From contig JAYFMW010000023.1 in assembly GCA_042408215.1 (NCBI GenBank), forward strand, positions 1 to 32,035: a stretch of 32,035 bases of DNA, read 5' to 3'. The number at the start of each line of letters is the position of its first letter. The stretch's first letter is position 1. The notes beneath the pieces are model-generated. The model had not been told where the DNA came from, ran no database searches, and worked only from the letters and a program-made list of their open reading frames with translations. The position numbers and the translations under genes are program-made. This document shows, one piece after another, positions 1 to 9,177 of the stretch. The stretch comes from Microcoleus sp. (GTDB lineage: Bacteria; Cyanobacteriota; Cyanobacteriia; Cyanobacteriales; Microcoleaceae).

Positions 1-1362
1 TTAAGGATTAGCAAAAGTATTGATTTCGCCACCACCAATATAGCGTCCCGGAGTCATTGAACGGGGTGTCGCAAAAGACTGCGGTTGAGTTGACTGCACA
101 CCCTGATTAGTGTTTTGGGGAACAACTCCAAAACTAGGCTGGGAAGGTAAGTTGAGCTGATTCGGTTCAACTGGTTGAAATTGAGAATTCGCTGAGTTGG
201 GAGAGAATTGAGAGTCCTGGATTTTGCTTCCCCCAATAGCACTCGGAAACGATGATTTCCCCACATTGGGAACTACCGGTATAGGCGAAGGTGTGGCCAG
301 TTGAATTGGAGCTGGTTGAGCGATGGGTGCGTCGCCGAATAAGTTAGTTTGGTAAGGATTTTTGGGCAAAGCCGAAGTTGCAGGCTGTGCAGTAATTGCG
401 GGGATGTTTGGTACTCTCAAATTTAACCCTGGAAATGATTCAGGCACTGTTGCTCCCTGGTTTAAGATTGGTTGAGAGTCGTTAATCGTAGTATTTGTCG
501 GTGCGGTCATGGGGGGAAGTGTAGTCGGAATATTCACAGGATTTGCCCCATTTTGAGCTGTAGCGATCGTTGGGACTAAATTGACCTGATTTGTCACCGG
601 CGAGGTGGTGGTCGGTCGATCGAGCAATTGACCCTCCCTTGCAGTTTTCTGAGTCGAAGTCCCCGTTGCCGAAGTGCTAGCAGCGATGTATTTTTTCATG
701 GCTGCTTGTAGCGGACTCAAAGGCAGAGGATTTTCGTTTTGTTTACCTGAATTACTCACACCCAGAGTAGCCGATAAGGTTGTTGTGGCTGTACCTCCAG
801 ACTCAGGGGCGATGGTTTTGCTCCCCGACGAAATCTGGCCACCGTCGCCAGAGGGGCTCAAAGCTGCTGTCGGGTTTGAACTTGGCCAGCTTGAATTTGG
901 CGGGTTATTGTTGGTTGTCCCGATCGCAGGATTTGCTAAACTTGGCCCTGTCAAAAGTGTTCTGCTTGTCGCCTGCTTGGGCGCGGTGGATGCCGATCGA
1001 ATTTCCGAGCCTCGATCGCGATTTTCGTCGAATAAACCTTTGCCTTCAACTACTGATGAATTTAACACACCGAACTCTGAATTAGAGCGATTGAACTGAT
1101 TGACTAGCACCGGTATGGTGTCGATTTCAGCAGCAATTGCGCTATCTTCAGCAGACAGAAGATCCGTTGAACTTGGACTATTTGAGGCTGCTACCTCTTC
1201 GTCATCTATGTTCAACCTTTCTGGATTTACGGATACCTCCCAAATAAACACACCTCCCGCACACAAAACTGCTAGCGGTACCCAAACCGTAGGCTGCATC
1301 CAGTAGCGCAACCGCGCTATCAGATAGCGGATAGATGTAGGTAATCGGTTAAAACTTGACAT
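1..1362 (-). CDS. Hypothetical cyanobacterial membrane-anchored protein (one N-terminal TM helix, long Ser/Thr/Pro/Asn-rich low-complexity tail)
   Basis: 453-aa ORF, ATG at 1362, stop at 1-3; hydrophobic stretch VWVPLAVLCAGGVFIW; C-terminal YIGGGEINTFANP. Confidence 0.75.
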   Translation of the reverse strand: MSSFNRLPTSIRYLIARLRYWMQPTVWVPLAVLCAGGVFIWEVSVNPERLNIDDEEVAASNSPSSTDLLSAEDSAIAAEIDTIPVLVNQFNRSNSEFGVLNSSVVEGKGLFDENRDRGSEIRSASTAPKQATSRTLLTGPSLANPAIGTTNNNPPNSSWPSSNPTAALSPSGDGGQISSGSKTIAPESGGTATTTLSATLGVSNSGKQNENPLPLSPLQAAMKKYIAASTSATGTSTQKTAREGQLLDRPTTTSPVTNQVNLVPTIATAQNGANPVNIPTTLPPMTAPTNTTINDSQPILNQGATVPESFPGLNLRVPNIPAITAQPATSALPKNPYQTNLFGDAPIAQPAPIQLATPSPIPVVPNVGKSSFPSAIGGSKIQDSQFSPNSANSQFQPVEPNQLNLPSQPSFGVVPQNTNQGVQSTQPQSFATPRSMTPGRYIGGGEINTFANP

Positions 1363-1725
1363 AGTTTTGCTGTCATTGCGAGCGCGGACTTAAAACAAGT
1401 TTTCCTAATCTACTATATCATCTTGGTTGTTTTCGCGGCCTACGCATACAGCGCTCGGATGGATGCGACTGCGATCGCCACAAGCTTTTGATTAAATATC
1501 TAACACATATCTCACAGATATCTACAAGATCTCAACTTCGATCGAGCACTGGTAGAAATATCTGTTGCTTTCCTCAAATCAAGCGGGCATCAGGATGATA
1601 AAATCCGACTGAACGAAGTGTTGAGCCTTTCCGGCGACGCGGGCGATCGACCTTAAAGCATCCCAGTCAAACTCAAGTTGGCAATTGCTGAGAAAAACAT
1701 CCCAGAAAAGTTGAGAGCAAATTCG

Positions 1726-2442
1726 ATGAAAAAATTAGTAGAAGTATTAGCAAGTAAGGAAGAACTCATACAGCGCTCACTGTCAATTGTGCGATCGCAA
1801 ATCCAAACAGCCATCGCAGCACGGGGGCAATGTACGATCGCCTTAGCCGGCGGAAGCACACCAGAGCCACTTTACAGGGCGATCGCAGCCCAAGACCTGC
1901 CTTGGGACAAAATTCACGTTTTTTGGGGCGACGAACGCTACGTTCCCTCATACCACCCAGACAGCAATCAAAAAATGGCGCGCCTCGCATGGCTTGACCA
2001 AGTAAACATCCCCCCCAGCAACATCCACCCCATGCCCACAAGCGCTGCCGACCCAGCCGCCGACGCCAGGGCACACCAAACCGAATTGCAGCAGTTTTTC
2101 CAAGTATCAGAGGGCGAGTTTCCTGCTTTCGACATCATTTTATTGGGAATAGGGGACGACGCCCACACAGCCTCTCTCTTTCCGCACACAGAAGCCTTGC
2201 AAGTGCGCGACTCCCTGGTAACAGTCGGCAACAAAGACGGTCAACCCCGCATCACCTTTACAGTCCCCTTAATTAACAAAGCCCGGTGCGTCATCTTCAT
2301 CGTTGCAGGGGCCAGCAAACAACCAGCACTCGCTCAAATTTTTGCCCCCGCAGCCGACGCAATGACCTATCCATCCAGACTAATTCAACCAGAGGGCGAA
2401 CTTTGGTGGTTACTAGATGCGGCCGCAGGCGCATCGCAGTAA
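1726..2442 (+). CDS. pgl: 6-phosphogluconolactonase
   Basis: Motifs ALAGGSTP, FWGDERYV, DSNQKMAR, LLGIGDDAHTASLFP, PRITFT; in-frame ATG at 1726 preferred over TTG at 1678. Confidence 0.95.
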   Translation: MKKLVEVLASKEELIQRSLSIVRSQIQTAIAARGQCTIALAGGSTPEPLYRAIAAQDLPWDKIHVFWGDERYVPSYHPDSNQKMARLAWLDQVNIPPSNIHPMPTSAADPAADARAHQTELQQFFQVSEGEFPAFDIILLGIGDDAHTASLFPHTEALQVRDSLVTVGNKDGQPRITFTVPLINKARCVIFIVAGASKQPALAQIFAPAADAMTYPSRLIQPEGELWWLLDAAAGASQ

Positions 2443-2670
2443 AACAGCCTCGGTAGCCTGGGGTGATAGCGGTGGGAGTTTGCCAACATAGTCAGTAGTA
2501 TCACTAACTAAATCTTGCCCGTCATCGCTCCCGTCACCGCAGTTCGGCAACTTGCTAGCAAAGCGCGAAGCAAGATCAGAATTGTGGCGGTTAAAGTTAA
2601 AATTTGACCGTATACTCAAATATTTTTATGAGGCTGATTCTAAAATCTGGCCGATAGCAAGGAGAAATCG

Positions 2671-3477
2671 ATGATTGTCTGTCCCAATTGCAATCACCAG
2701 AACCCCGATGGGGCCAACCAGTGTGAGGCTTGTTACACGCCTTTACCCATTACCGCCAGTTGCTCGAACTGCGGTGCAGCGGTTCAGACAGATGCGGCCT
2801 TTTGCGGTCAGTGTGGTTTTAACTTGCGTCCGGGTTCCTCTGTTCCAGAAGTTGAAACAACGCCCGTAGCCACATCGTCTGTCGGGCCGACAGTGGTCTC
2901 ACCACCCCAGCCTGATTTAATCCCACCTCAGCCCCTGGTGGCACCGGAACCTCTAGTTACTGCAAATTTCGAGCCGAATTTGGCAAAAACTCCCCTTAGC
3001 ATTCCTACTCTTCCCGAACCGCCACTTCCACAGCCGCCACTGTCGCCACCAGTTCCTGTTACCACAGAAGCGGTGGCAACAGCAGTCAATACCTCTCCCC
3101 CAGTGGCTAGCCAACCTGCTGTGGGTGTGGCAAAAACTCAACTGCAACAGCAGTCGGCGCGGCTGATACACGTTCAGACAAATACGCCGATCGAATTACC
3201 TCACAATCTGTCTGTGATTCACATAGGCAAGCCGAATGACTTAGTGCCACCGGATATTGACGTTTCTGGATTGGCTAATTCAGAGATAGTTTCTCGGGTA
3301 CACGCCAATCTCCGAGTGGAGGGAGATGCTTGTTACCTAGAAGATGTTGGCAGTTCCAACGGCACTTACGTCAACAATACTCCACTGCCAAAGGGAAATC
3401 GACACCGGTTGCGAGGGGGAGACCGCATCTCTCTCGGCAAAGGAGACCTGGTTACTTTTCTATTTCAACTCTCTTAG
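2671..3477 (+). CDS. Double zinc-ribbon + Pro-rich linker + FHA domain protein (FraH-like)
   Basis: Four CxxC pairs at the N-terminus; FHA motifs IGK...VSRVHA...DVGSSNGTYVN; SD AAGGAG upstream. Confidence 0.88.
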   Translation: MIVCPNCNHQNPDGANQCEACYTPLPITASCSNCGAAVQTDAAFCGQCGFNLRPGSSVPEVETTPVATSSVGPTVVSPPQPDLIPPQPLVAPEPLVTANFEPNLAKTPLSIPTLPEPPLPQPPLSPPVPVTTEAVATAVNTSPPVASQPAVGVAKTQLQQQSARLIHVQTNTPIELPHNLSVIHIGKPNDLVPPDIDVSGLANSEIVSRVHANLRVEGDACYLEDVGSSNGTYVNNTPLPKGNRHRLRGGDRISLGKGDLVTFLFQLS

Positions 3478-3559
3478 ATCGAGTTTGGATTGGGCGATCG
3501 AAAGTCGAAAATCTAAAATCGCATCTTGATGTGCTCTACCACAACTCAATGCAGCCAAT

Positions 3560-4051
3560 GTGATTAAGCTGACCTTGCTACATCCACTCCAGTCTATACC
3601 TGTTCGCAGTTGGAGCTTTGAAGACGAACAGGTCATCCGGATCGGGCGATCGACCGAAAACCAGGTGGTTCTTTTCAGCGCGGTGGTTTCTCGCCGTCAC
3701 ATGGAATTGCGGCGCACCGGCCTAACTTGGGAACTGATCAATTTAGGTGTGAATGGCACTTACCTCGATGGTAAACCGATCGCTAAGGTTCCGGTTGTGG
3801 ACGGTCTGATCGTTCACTTGGCTCATTCGGGCCCGATCATTCAAATCAACGTTGACCCGAATCAGTCCTCAGCCCAGTTAGCCAAAATTAGGGTCAAGCC
3901 TCCTGATGCTCAGGCAATTCATGCTCCCCCAGGGGCCGCTCAGATTAGCACGATTCCGGTTCCAGACCAAAAAGAAACTGGCACTTCTAGGGAAGAGGAG
4001 GAGTTAACGGAGACAGACAACAGGCTATATTATTCTTCCGAAGACTATTAA
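3560..4051 (+). CDS. FHA domain protein
   Basis: IRIGRS, VVSRRH, GVNGTYLDG motifs; GTG start. Confidence 0.88.
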   Translation: MIKLTLLHPLQSIPVRSWSFEDEQVIRIGRSTENQVVLFSAVVSRRHMELRRTGLTWELINLGVNGTYLDGKPIAKVPVVDGLIVHLAHSGPIIQINVDPNQSSAQLAKIRVKPPDAQAIHAPPGAAQISTIPVPDQKETGTSREEEELTETDNRLYYSSEDY

Positions 4052-4543
4052 CTCGCTGTCTTGGGTGTCAACAGTTGGCGTAATAGCTTGTAAAAGTATA
4101 GTCATTTATTACAGTGCCGTGGGAGGCATGAAGTCCCTCCCCTTTCTTTTTTACTTCGAGCGGATTGACCCTTCTAAAGCTGAACTACGCAGCTCTCTAT
4201 CCCATTGCACAAGGCATTTGGGATTGCTTTTCTCAAAATATTGTAAGACCCGTTAACATCGGCGTTAATCAATCGACCCTTCTGACTATATGATACTACC
4301 ATTGTCTATTGATGCTTACAATCTTAATGAAGTTTTACAATACGTAGGTTTTGCTTGAGAGAATCTCTGTAGACAGATACAGGAAAAAACTTAAAATTTA
4401 CACAACAACGGTTGACACCCCCGCCGTCTGAGGATTCACCCCCCAGTTATACAGGCGTTTGAGAAACTTGACTTCTTGTCTAATTACTAGAAACGGAAAT
4501 ATTGGAGTATATTGGAGCAAGTCTCTACAGTAACTTAAATCCA

Positions 4544-5173
4544 ATGACTTATCTTTCTCCATTTCAAGTGCAAAAAAAATACGGCTATCATCCTAAGACT
4601 TTGGCGGATTGGGCTGACGCCGGGAAAGTTGAGTTCATTCGCTCCAAGGGTGGACACAGGCGCTACTTAGAATCCAGCCTAACTGGACTGGGTTCTACAG
4701 TGGTGAATGAACATATCGTAATCTACTCTAGGGTTTCAACCCACTCACAAAAGGTTGACCTAGAAACTCAAGTCGCCGCGCTTCAGAAGGTCAGGCTGGG
4801 TGAATCTATCCAAGAGATTGGTTCTGGTATGAACTTCAAGAGGAAAAAGTTTCTAAACCTGATGGAACGAGTGGGACGCGGCGAAGTTTCTGAAATCGTT
4901 ATCGCTCACAAAGATCGCTTGTGTCGATTTGGTTTTGATTTTGTCGAATGGTATTGCACCCAGAATGGTTGCAAAATAACGGTTCTAGGGAAAACAGAAT
5001 TGTCACCTCCTGCGGAATTAATGCAAGATTTTATGACAATCATGCACTGCTTTAGTAGTCGCCTGTATTTTCTTCGTAGATATAAAGACCCCATTCTTAA
5101 AGAAAAGGTGAATGCTGAAGACAAACCGGAAAATACTATTGACGAATCGGAGTGCATAGGAGTATCATTGTAG
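4544..5173 (+). CDS. tnpA: IS607 TnpA serine recombinase (MerR-type HTH + resolvase)
   Basis: HTH with GGHRRY, catalytic YSRVST, EIGSG, AHKDRLCRFGFD. Confidence 0.92.
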   Translation: MTYLSPFQVQKKYGYHPKTLADWADAGKVEFIRSKGGHRRYLESSLTGLGSTVVNEHIVIYSRVSTHSQKVDLETQVAALQKVRLGESIQEIGSGMNFKRKKFLNLMERVGRGEVSEIVIAHKDRLCRFGFDFVEWYCTQNGCKITVLGKTELSPPAELMQDFMTIMHCFSSRLYFLRRYKDPILKEKVNAEDKPENTIDESECIGVSL

Positions 5174-5214
5174 TAATCCAGGAAACATCATTGGTCGAAA
5201 GATCCTAAAACGTC

Positions 5215-6075
5215 TTGTTTTTTGGAGAAATTACGAATTACGAATTACGAATTAGGAATTACGAATTACGAGTTGTTTTTTGGAGCAATTAGAAATTCCG
5301 AATTAGAAATTACGAATTCCGAATTACGAGTGGTTTTTTGGAGGAATTAGGAATTAGAAATTCCGAATTCCGAGTGGTTTTTTGGAGAAATTAGAAATTC
5401 CGAATTCCGAGTGGTTTTTTGGAGAAATTACGAATTCCGAATTCCGAATTCCGAGTGGTTTTTTGGAGGAGTTAGGAATTAGAAATTCCGAATTCCGAGT
5501 GGTTTTTGGGAGAAATTACGAATTCCGAATTCCGAGTGGTTTTTGGGAGAAATTAGGAGTTAGGAATTAGAAATTCCGAATTCCGAGTGGTTTTTGGGAA
5601 AAATTACGAATTCCGAATTCCGAGTTGTTTTTTGGAGAAAATTACGAATTCCGAATTCCGAGTGGTTTTTTGGAGAAATTACGAATTAAGAATTACGAAT
5701 TCCGAATTCCGAGTGGTTTTTTGGAGAAATTCCGAATTCCGAGTTGTTTTTTGGAAAAATTAGGAGTTAGAAATTCCGAATTCCGAGTGGTTTTTTTGGA
5801 GGAATTATAAATTACGAATTCCGAATTCCGAGTTGTTTTTTGGAAAAATTAGGAATTATAAATTCCGAATTCCGAGTGGTTTTTTTGGAGGAATTATAAA
5901 TTCCGAATTCCGAGTTGTTTTTTGGAAAAATTAGGAATTATAAATTCCGAATTCCGAGTTGTTTTTTTGGAGGAATTATAAATGAGAAATGATCGATTAG
6001 AAATTAGGAGTTAGGAGTTACGAATTACGAGTTGCTTTTTGGAGTAATTCGTAATTCCTAATTCGTAATTCCTTC
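5215..6075. repeat. Hierarchical tandem repeat: ~19 anchors GAGT(G/T)GTTTTTTGGAGAAA separated by variable numbers of heptamers (GAATTCC/GAATTAC/GAATTAG)
   Basis: Directly visible; anchor spacings mostly 30/37/44/51 nt (16+7n); inverted heptamers at 6045-6072. Confidence 0.95.
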
Positions 6076-6343
6076 CCGATTCGCGTCATGTAGCTCCTAG
6101 GAAGCGGGATTTAGGAAAGATTGCAATCAAAATGGGCTCCACAGGGATTATTTCCCGTGGATTCGCTAAAACAGCATGGGACTCTCTATCTGCTAGAGAG
6201 ATTGAATATTCTAGGGCTGTATCTCGTGAACTTGTTGAGTTGGCAAATCATTGGCGGTCTGATGTAATTAGTTTTGAATACCTTGGAAGTTTGCGACCCA
6301 AACGCGAGAAGTATTCAAGACGCTCAAATCAGAAACGTGCTTA

Positions 6344-6500
6344 TACCAATTTTTTATGAGGCTGCACATATCCCGATCCCCCCAGCCCCCTTAAAAAGGG
6401 GGAGCAAGAATTCAAAGTCAACCCCTACTCACACCCTACTCCCAAGGGTGCGGGGGATTTAGGGGGATCGGGATATGTGCAACGACCTATTAAATTGGTA
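6344..6500. mobile_element. 157-bp MITE with ~40-bp imperfect TIRs and a TTA target duplication
   Basis: TTA|TACCAATTT...TGCACATATCCCGATCCCCC ... GGGGGATCGGGATATGTGCA...AAATTGGTA|TTA; excision restores the tnpB frame. Confidence 0.9.
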
Positions 6501-7121
6501 TTACTGGTTGAAAGGCAAAATCTATGAACAAGTGAAACGAATTGCCGATCGAGATTATGCAATCTTAACAACTCGCGTTAGCCCCATGAATACAAGTCGC
6601 CTTACCCCGTGGGGCGATCGAGTTTGGAGAGGATGCAAATTCCCCTCAACTCCACTTGAATTTGATGGCTATCAAAATGGTGCTGCATTAGTCGCAACTG
6701 TTGATGGGTACAGAGCTGCGTAGTGGCTTGAATCCCGATCGTCATCTGGCGTTAAAAGCAATCAAGCGTAACCTCCGGGAGGCTACGCTTAATCTGAAAA
6801 GCTAGACGCAGTAATGCTTTGGCTGTACAATCAAACTAGAACGGTGTCAGCGCGACTACCACGAAAGATTGTACGAGGCTTGGGTAAACTGCCTCAAGAT
6901 TCCTACTTCACTACGCTCTATTTGGCCGTGGCTCGTCCCACAAGCTGAAGGAAGCGACTACAGAGGAGTCGAAAAAGTGAACTTTAGTGGAATATTGTGA
7001 TTTATTTCGATTTACTCCGACTAGGGGTAGCGAGCAGCAAGCAAAATAACTCAACATTTGTGGTAAAACCTTTACAAATCTCTTGATGGTATGCTATGTT
7101 TATACTATTGGGGTCAAATTT

Positions 7122-7322
7122 ATGTTGAGGCAGAAAGTTGTTCGTGTTACAGCCACCGAGTTTGAACTTGAAGATGGGTCAATATTCCCTCATGCAGTTG
7201 AGTTGGAAGATGTGCCTAGTCCAGAAGAGTTTCAGAAGTTCTATGACCATTGGTTTTCTATCTTTGAGGATTTAGCCAATGGAGAAACTTCTGACGATCG
7301 GACAAGTTGCCAAGCAGCTTAA
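7122..7322 (+). CDS. Small acidic hypothetical protein (66 aa) at the IS607 left end, overlapping the tnpA start
   Basis: ATG at 7122; MLRQKVVRVTATEFELEDGSIFPHAVELEDVPSPEEFQKFYDHW reads as a globular beta-beta-alpha sequence. Confidence 0.6.
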   Translation: MLRQKVVRVTATEFELEDGSIFPHAVELEDVPSPEEFQKFYDHWFSIFEDLANGETSDDRTSCQAA

Positions 7323-7884
7323 TGTTACAGTTAAGACTCTGAGGCTGTGGGATGAAGAAGCTAAATTATCTGCCATACGGACTCCTGGTAAACATAGAAT
7401 GTATCGAGAGTCCGATATTGCAAAGTTTATAGGCACTTATATAGAAGATAAATCAGTTGAGTTACCAGTCTGTGTTTACTGTAGAGTTAGTAGCCATGAC
7501 CAGAAGCAAAAAGGTGATTTAGAGCGTCAGCAAGGCAGAGTTTTAAATTACTGCGCCAATAAAGGTTACAAGGTTGAATATTCATTGGCAGAAGTTGCTT
7601 CTGGTATGTCTGATACTAGAGCTAAGTTGCATAAATTGTTCCGGCTTGCGATTGATCAGAAGATTTCCCAACTAATCATTGAACATCGAGATAGACTGTG
7701 CAGATTTAACTTTGAAATATTTAAGTTATTTTTCGAGACTCATGGTGTTGAAGTTGAATATATGGAAGAGACTTTACCTAAAACATATGAAGCTGAGTTA
7801 GTAGAAGATATGCTGTCACTAATGTCTTCTTTCTCAGCTAGGATTTACGGCAAACGTTCGGCCGAACGAAGGAAGAAGAAATGA
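7279..7884 (+). CDS. tnpA: IS607 TnpA serine recombinase
   Basis: LLTIGQVAKQLNVTVKTLRLWD HTH, TPGKHRMY, YCRVSS, EVASG, EHRDRLCRF, IYGKRS. Confidence 0.95.
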   Translation: MEKLLTIGQVAKQLNVTVKTLRLWDEEAKLSAIRTPGKHRMYRESDIAKFIGTYIEDKSVELPVCVYCRVSSHDQKQKGDLERQQGRVLNYCANKGYKVEYSLAEVASGMSDTRAKLHKLFRLAIDQKISQLIIEHRDRLCRFNFEIFKLFFETHGVEVEYMEETLPKTYEAELVEDMLSLMSSFSARIYGKRSAERRKKK

Positions 7885-9119
7885 TTTTAGTAGAGAGACA
7901 CATCATTAAACAATCCCATCAGCATTGGCAGTCCATAGATCGACTATCTTTCTTATCTAAGAATCTCTACAATGCAGCTAATTACATCTGTCGTCAATAC
8001 TTCTTTGCTAGTAGTAAGAAATATAGTCTCACCGACTTATATCATCTGATTAAAAATTCAGTTGACTATCGTGCGTTACCGACTAAAGTTAGCAAACAAA
8101 TAATTAAGCGTCTGGTTTCTACTTGGACAAGTTATTTTGAAGCTCACAAAGAATGGCATCAGCATCCTGCTAAGTTCTTAGGTCAACCCAGAATACCAAG
8201 ATATAAAGATAAAATCAAAGGACGCAATCTAGTTATCTACCATCACGAATCAGTTTACCAAGCTGAACTTAAGAAAGGAATCTGCCATTTATCGATGAGT
8301 GAGATTAAGATTCCCACTAAAGTAGATAACATTGTCGAAGTGAGATTAGTACCTCGTGCCACTTGTTATGTAGTAGAAATAGTCTATTACAAGCAGGAGC
8401 AACAACGAGCGTCTAGTCATTATGTGGCTGGTATTGACCTTGGCTTAACTAACTTAGTAGCCCTAACTTCAAACCAACCAGGTTTCAGACCGATTCTGAT
8501 TAATGGACGACCGCTCAAGTCGGTAAACCAATTTTATAACAAGACTAAAGCTGAATTACAAACTCAATTAGATGGGGAGCGTAAAACAAGTAAGAGAATT
8601 CAATCTCTGACTGCCTATCGCAATCGCTATGTTGACAATTATCTGCACAATACAAGCAGAAAAGTTGTCAATTTACTACAAGAGTCGGAGATTGGTATCT
8701 TAGTAATTGGTAAGAATGAGAACTGGAAACAGAATCTGAATATAGGTAAAAGAAATAATCAGTCATTCACACAGATTCCCCATGCAAAATTAATTGACCA
8801 AATTACATATAAATGTCAATTAGCAGGAATCAAGGTCGTAGTCACTGAAGAGTCTTATACTTCAAAGACGAGTGCTTTAGATTTAGAAACACCCCGCAAA
8901 CATAATACCTATTTGGGTAAACGTGTTAAGAGAGGCTTGTTTCAATCTCAGTCAGGAGTCAAACTCAATGCTGACGTTAATGGTTCCTTACAAATAACTA
9001 GAAAAGTATTCCCTAATGCCTATACAGTAGAAGGGATAGCGAGTGCAGCCGTTGCACCTTTAAAGGTAACACCTTTATTAAGTGTCAAGAGTGAGCAAAT
9101 GAAGATTTGTTCAGTTTAA
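7881..9119 (+). CDS. tnpB: TnpB RNA-guided endonuclease (IS607-type, rearranged RuvC-II, no Zn finger)
   Basis: SKNLYNAANY, RuvC-I GIDLGLTNL, IGKNENWKQ in place of the canonical Glu, TEESYTSK, RuvC-III NADVNGSLQI; ATGA overlap with tnpA. Confidence 0.93.
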   Translation: MILVERHIIKQSHQHWQSIDRLSFLSKNLYNAANYICRQYFFASSKKYSLTDLYHLIKNSVDYRALPTKVSKQIIKRLVSTWTSYFEAHKEWHQHPAKFLGQPRIPRYKDKIKGRNLVIYHHESVYQAELKKGICHLSMSEIKIPTKVDNIVEVRLVPRATCYVVEIVYYKQEQQRASSHYVAGIDLGLTNLVALTSNQPGFRPILINGRPLKSVNQFYNKTKAELQTQLDGERKTSKRIQSLTAYRNRYVDNYLHNTSRKVVNLLQESEIGILVIGKNENWKQNLNIGKRNNQSFTQIPHAKLIDQITYKCQLAGIKVVVTEESYTSKTSALDLETPRKHNTYLGKRVKRGLFQSQSGVKLNADVNGSLQITRKVFPNAYTVEGIASAAVAPLKVTPLLSVKSEQMKICSV

Positions 9120-9177
9120 CACGAACGGTTACTCTCAGGTATCGAGTTAGATTTATTGCTATATTTTGATAACATCA

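Larger units (their letters stand above)
5112..6775 (+). pseudogene. tnpB: tnpB pseudogene, interrupted by a repeat array and a MITE
   Basis: Fragments ELVELANHWRSDVISFEYL...RSNQKRAY and WLKGKIYEQVKRIA...RVSPMNTSR join in frame after removing the 6344-6500 MITE plus one TTA; a possible ATG at 5112 overlaps the tnpA end; the N-terminal/RuvC-I part is missing. Confidence 0.75.
4460..7028 (+). mobile_element. Decayed IS607-family element (tnpA intact, tnpB destroyed); ends approximate
   Basis: tnpA followed by tnpB fragments; ATATTGGAG direct repeats at ~4499-4517 and a related inverted TTACTCCGA at ~7012-7020. Confidence 0.65.
7062..9128 (+). mobile_element. Intact IS607-family element (small ORF + tnpA + tnpB)
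   Basis: Overlapping tnpA/tnpB; probable GG ends at 7062-7063 and 9127-9128; subterminal inverted motif ACAAATCT / AGATTTGT; ends inferred. Confidence 0.8.

Noticed and set aside
5382..5810. Short ORFs with NSEFRIP repeats (also the STVNRQP ORF at 9912-10154)
   Set aside because: Translation artefacts of heptamer repeats
5215..6075. CRISPR array
   Set aside because: The inter-anchor segments are themselves heptamer repeats, not unique spacers, and no cas genes are in the window
6780..7020. Group I intron (IStron) associated with IS607
   Set aside because: No recognisable P7/catalytic core by eye, and the element is intergenic; better explained as the tnpB 3' RNA region
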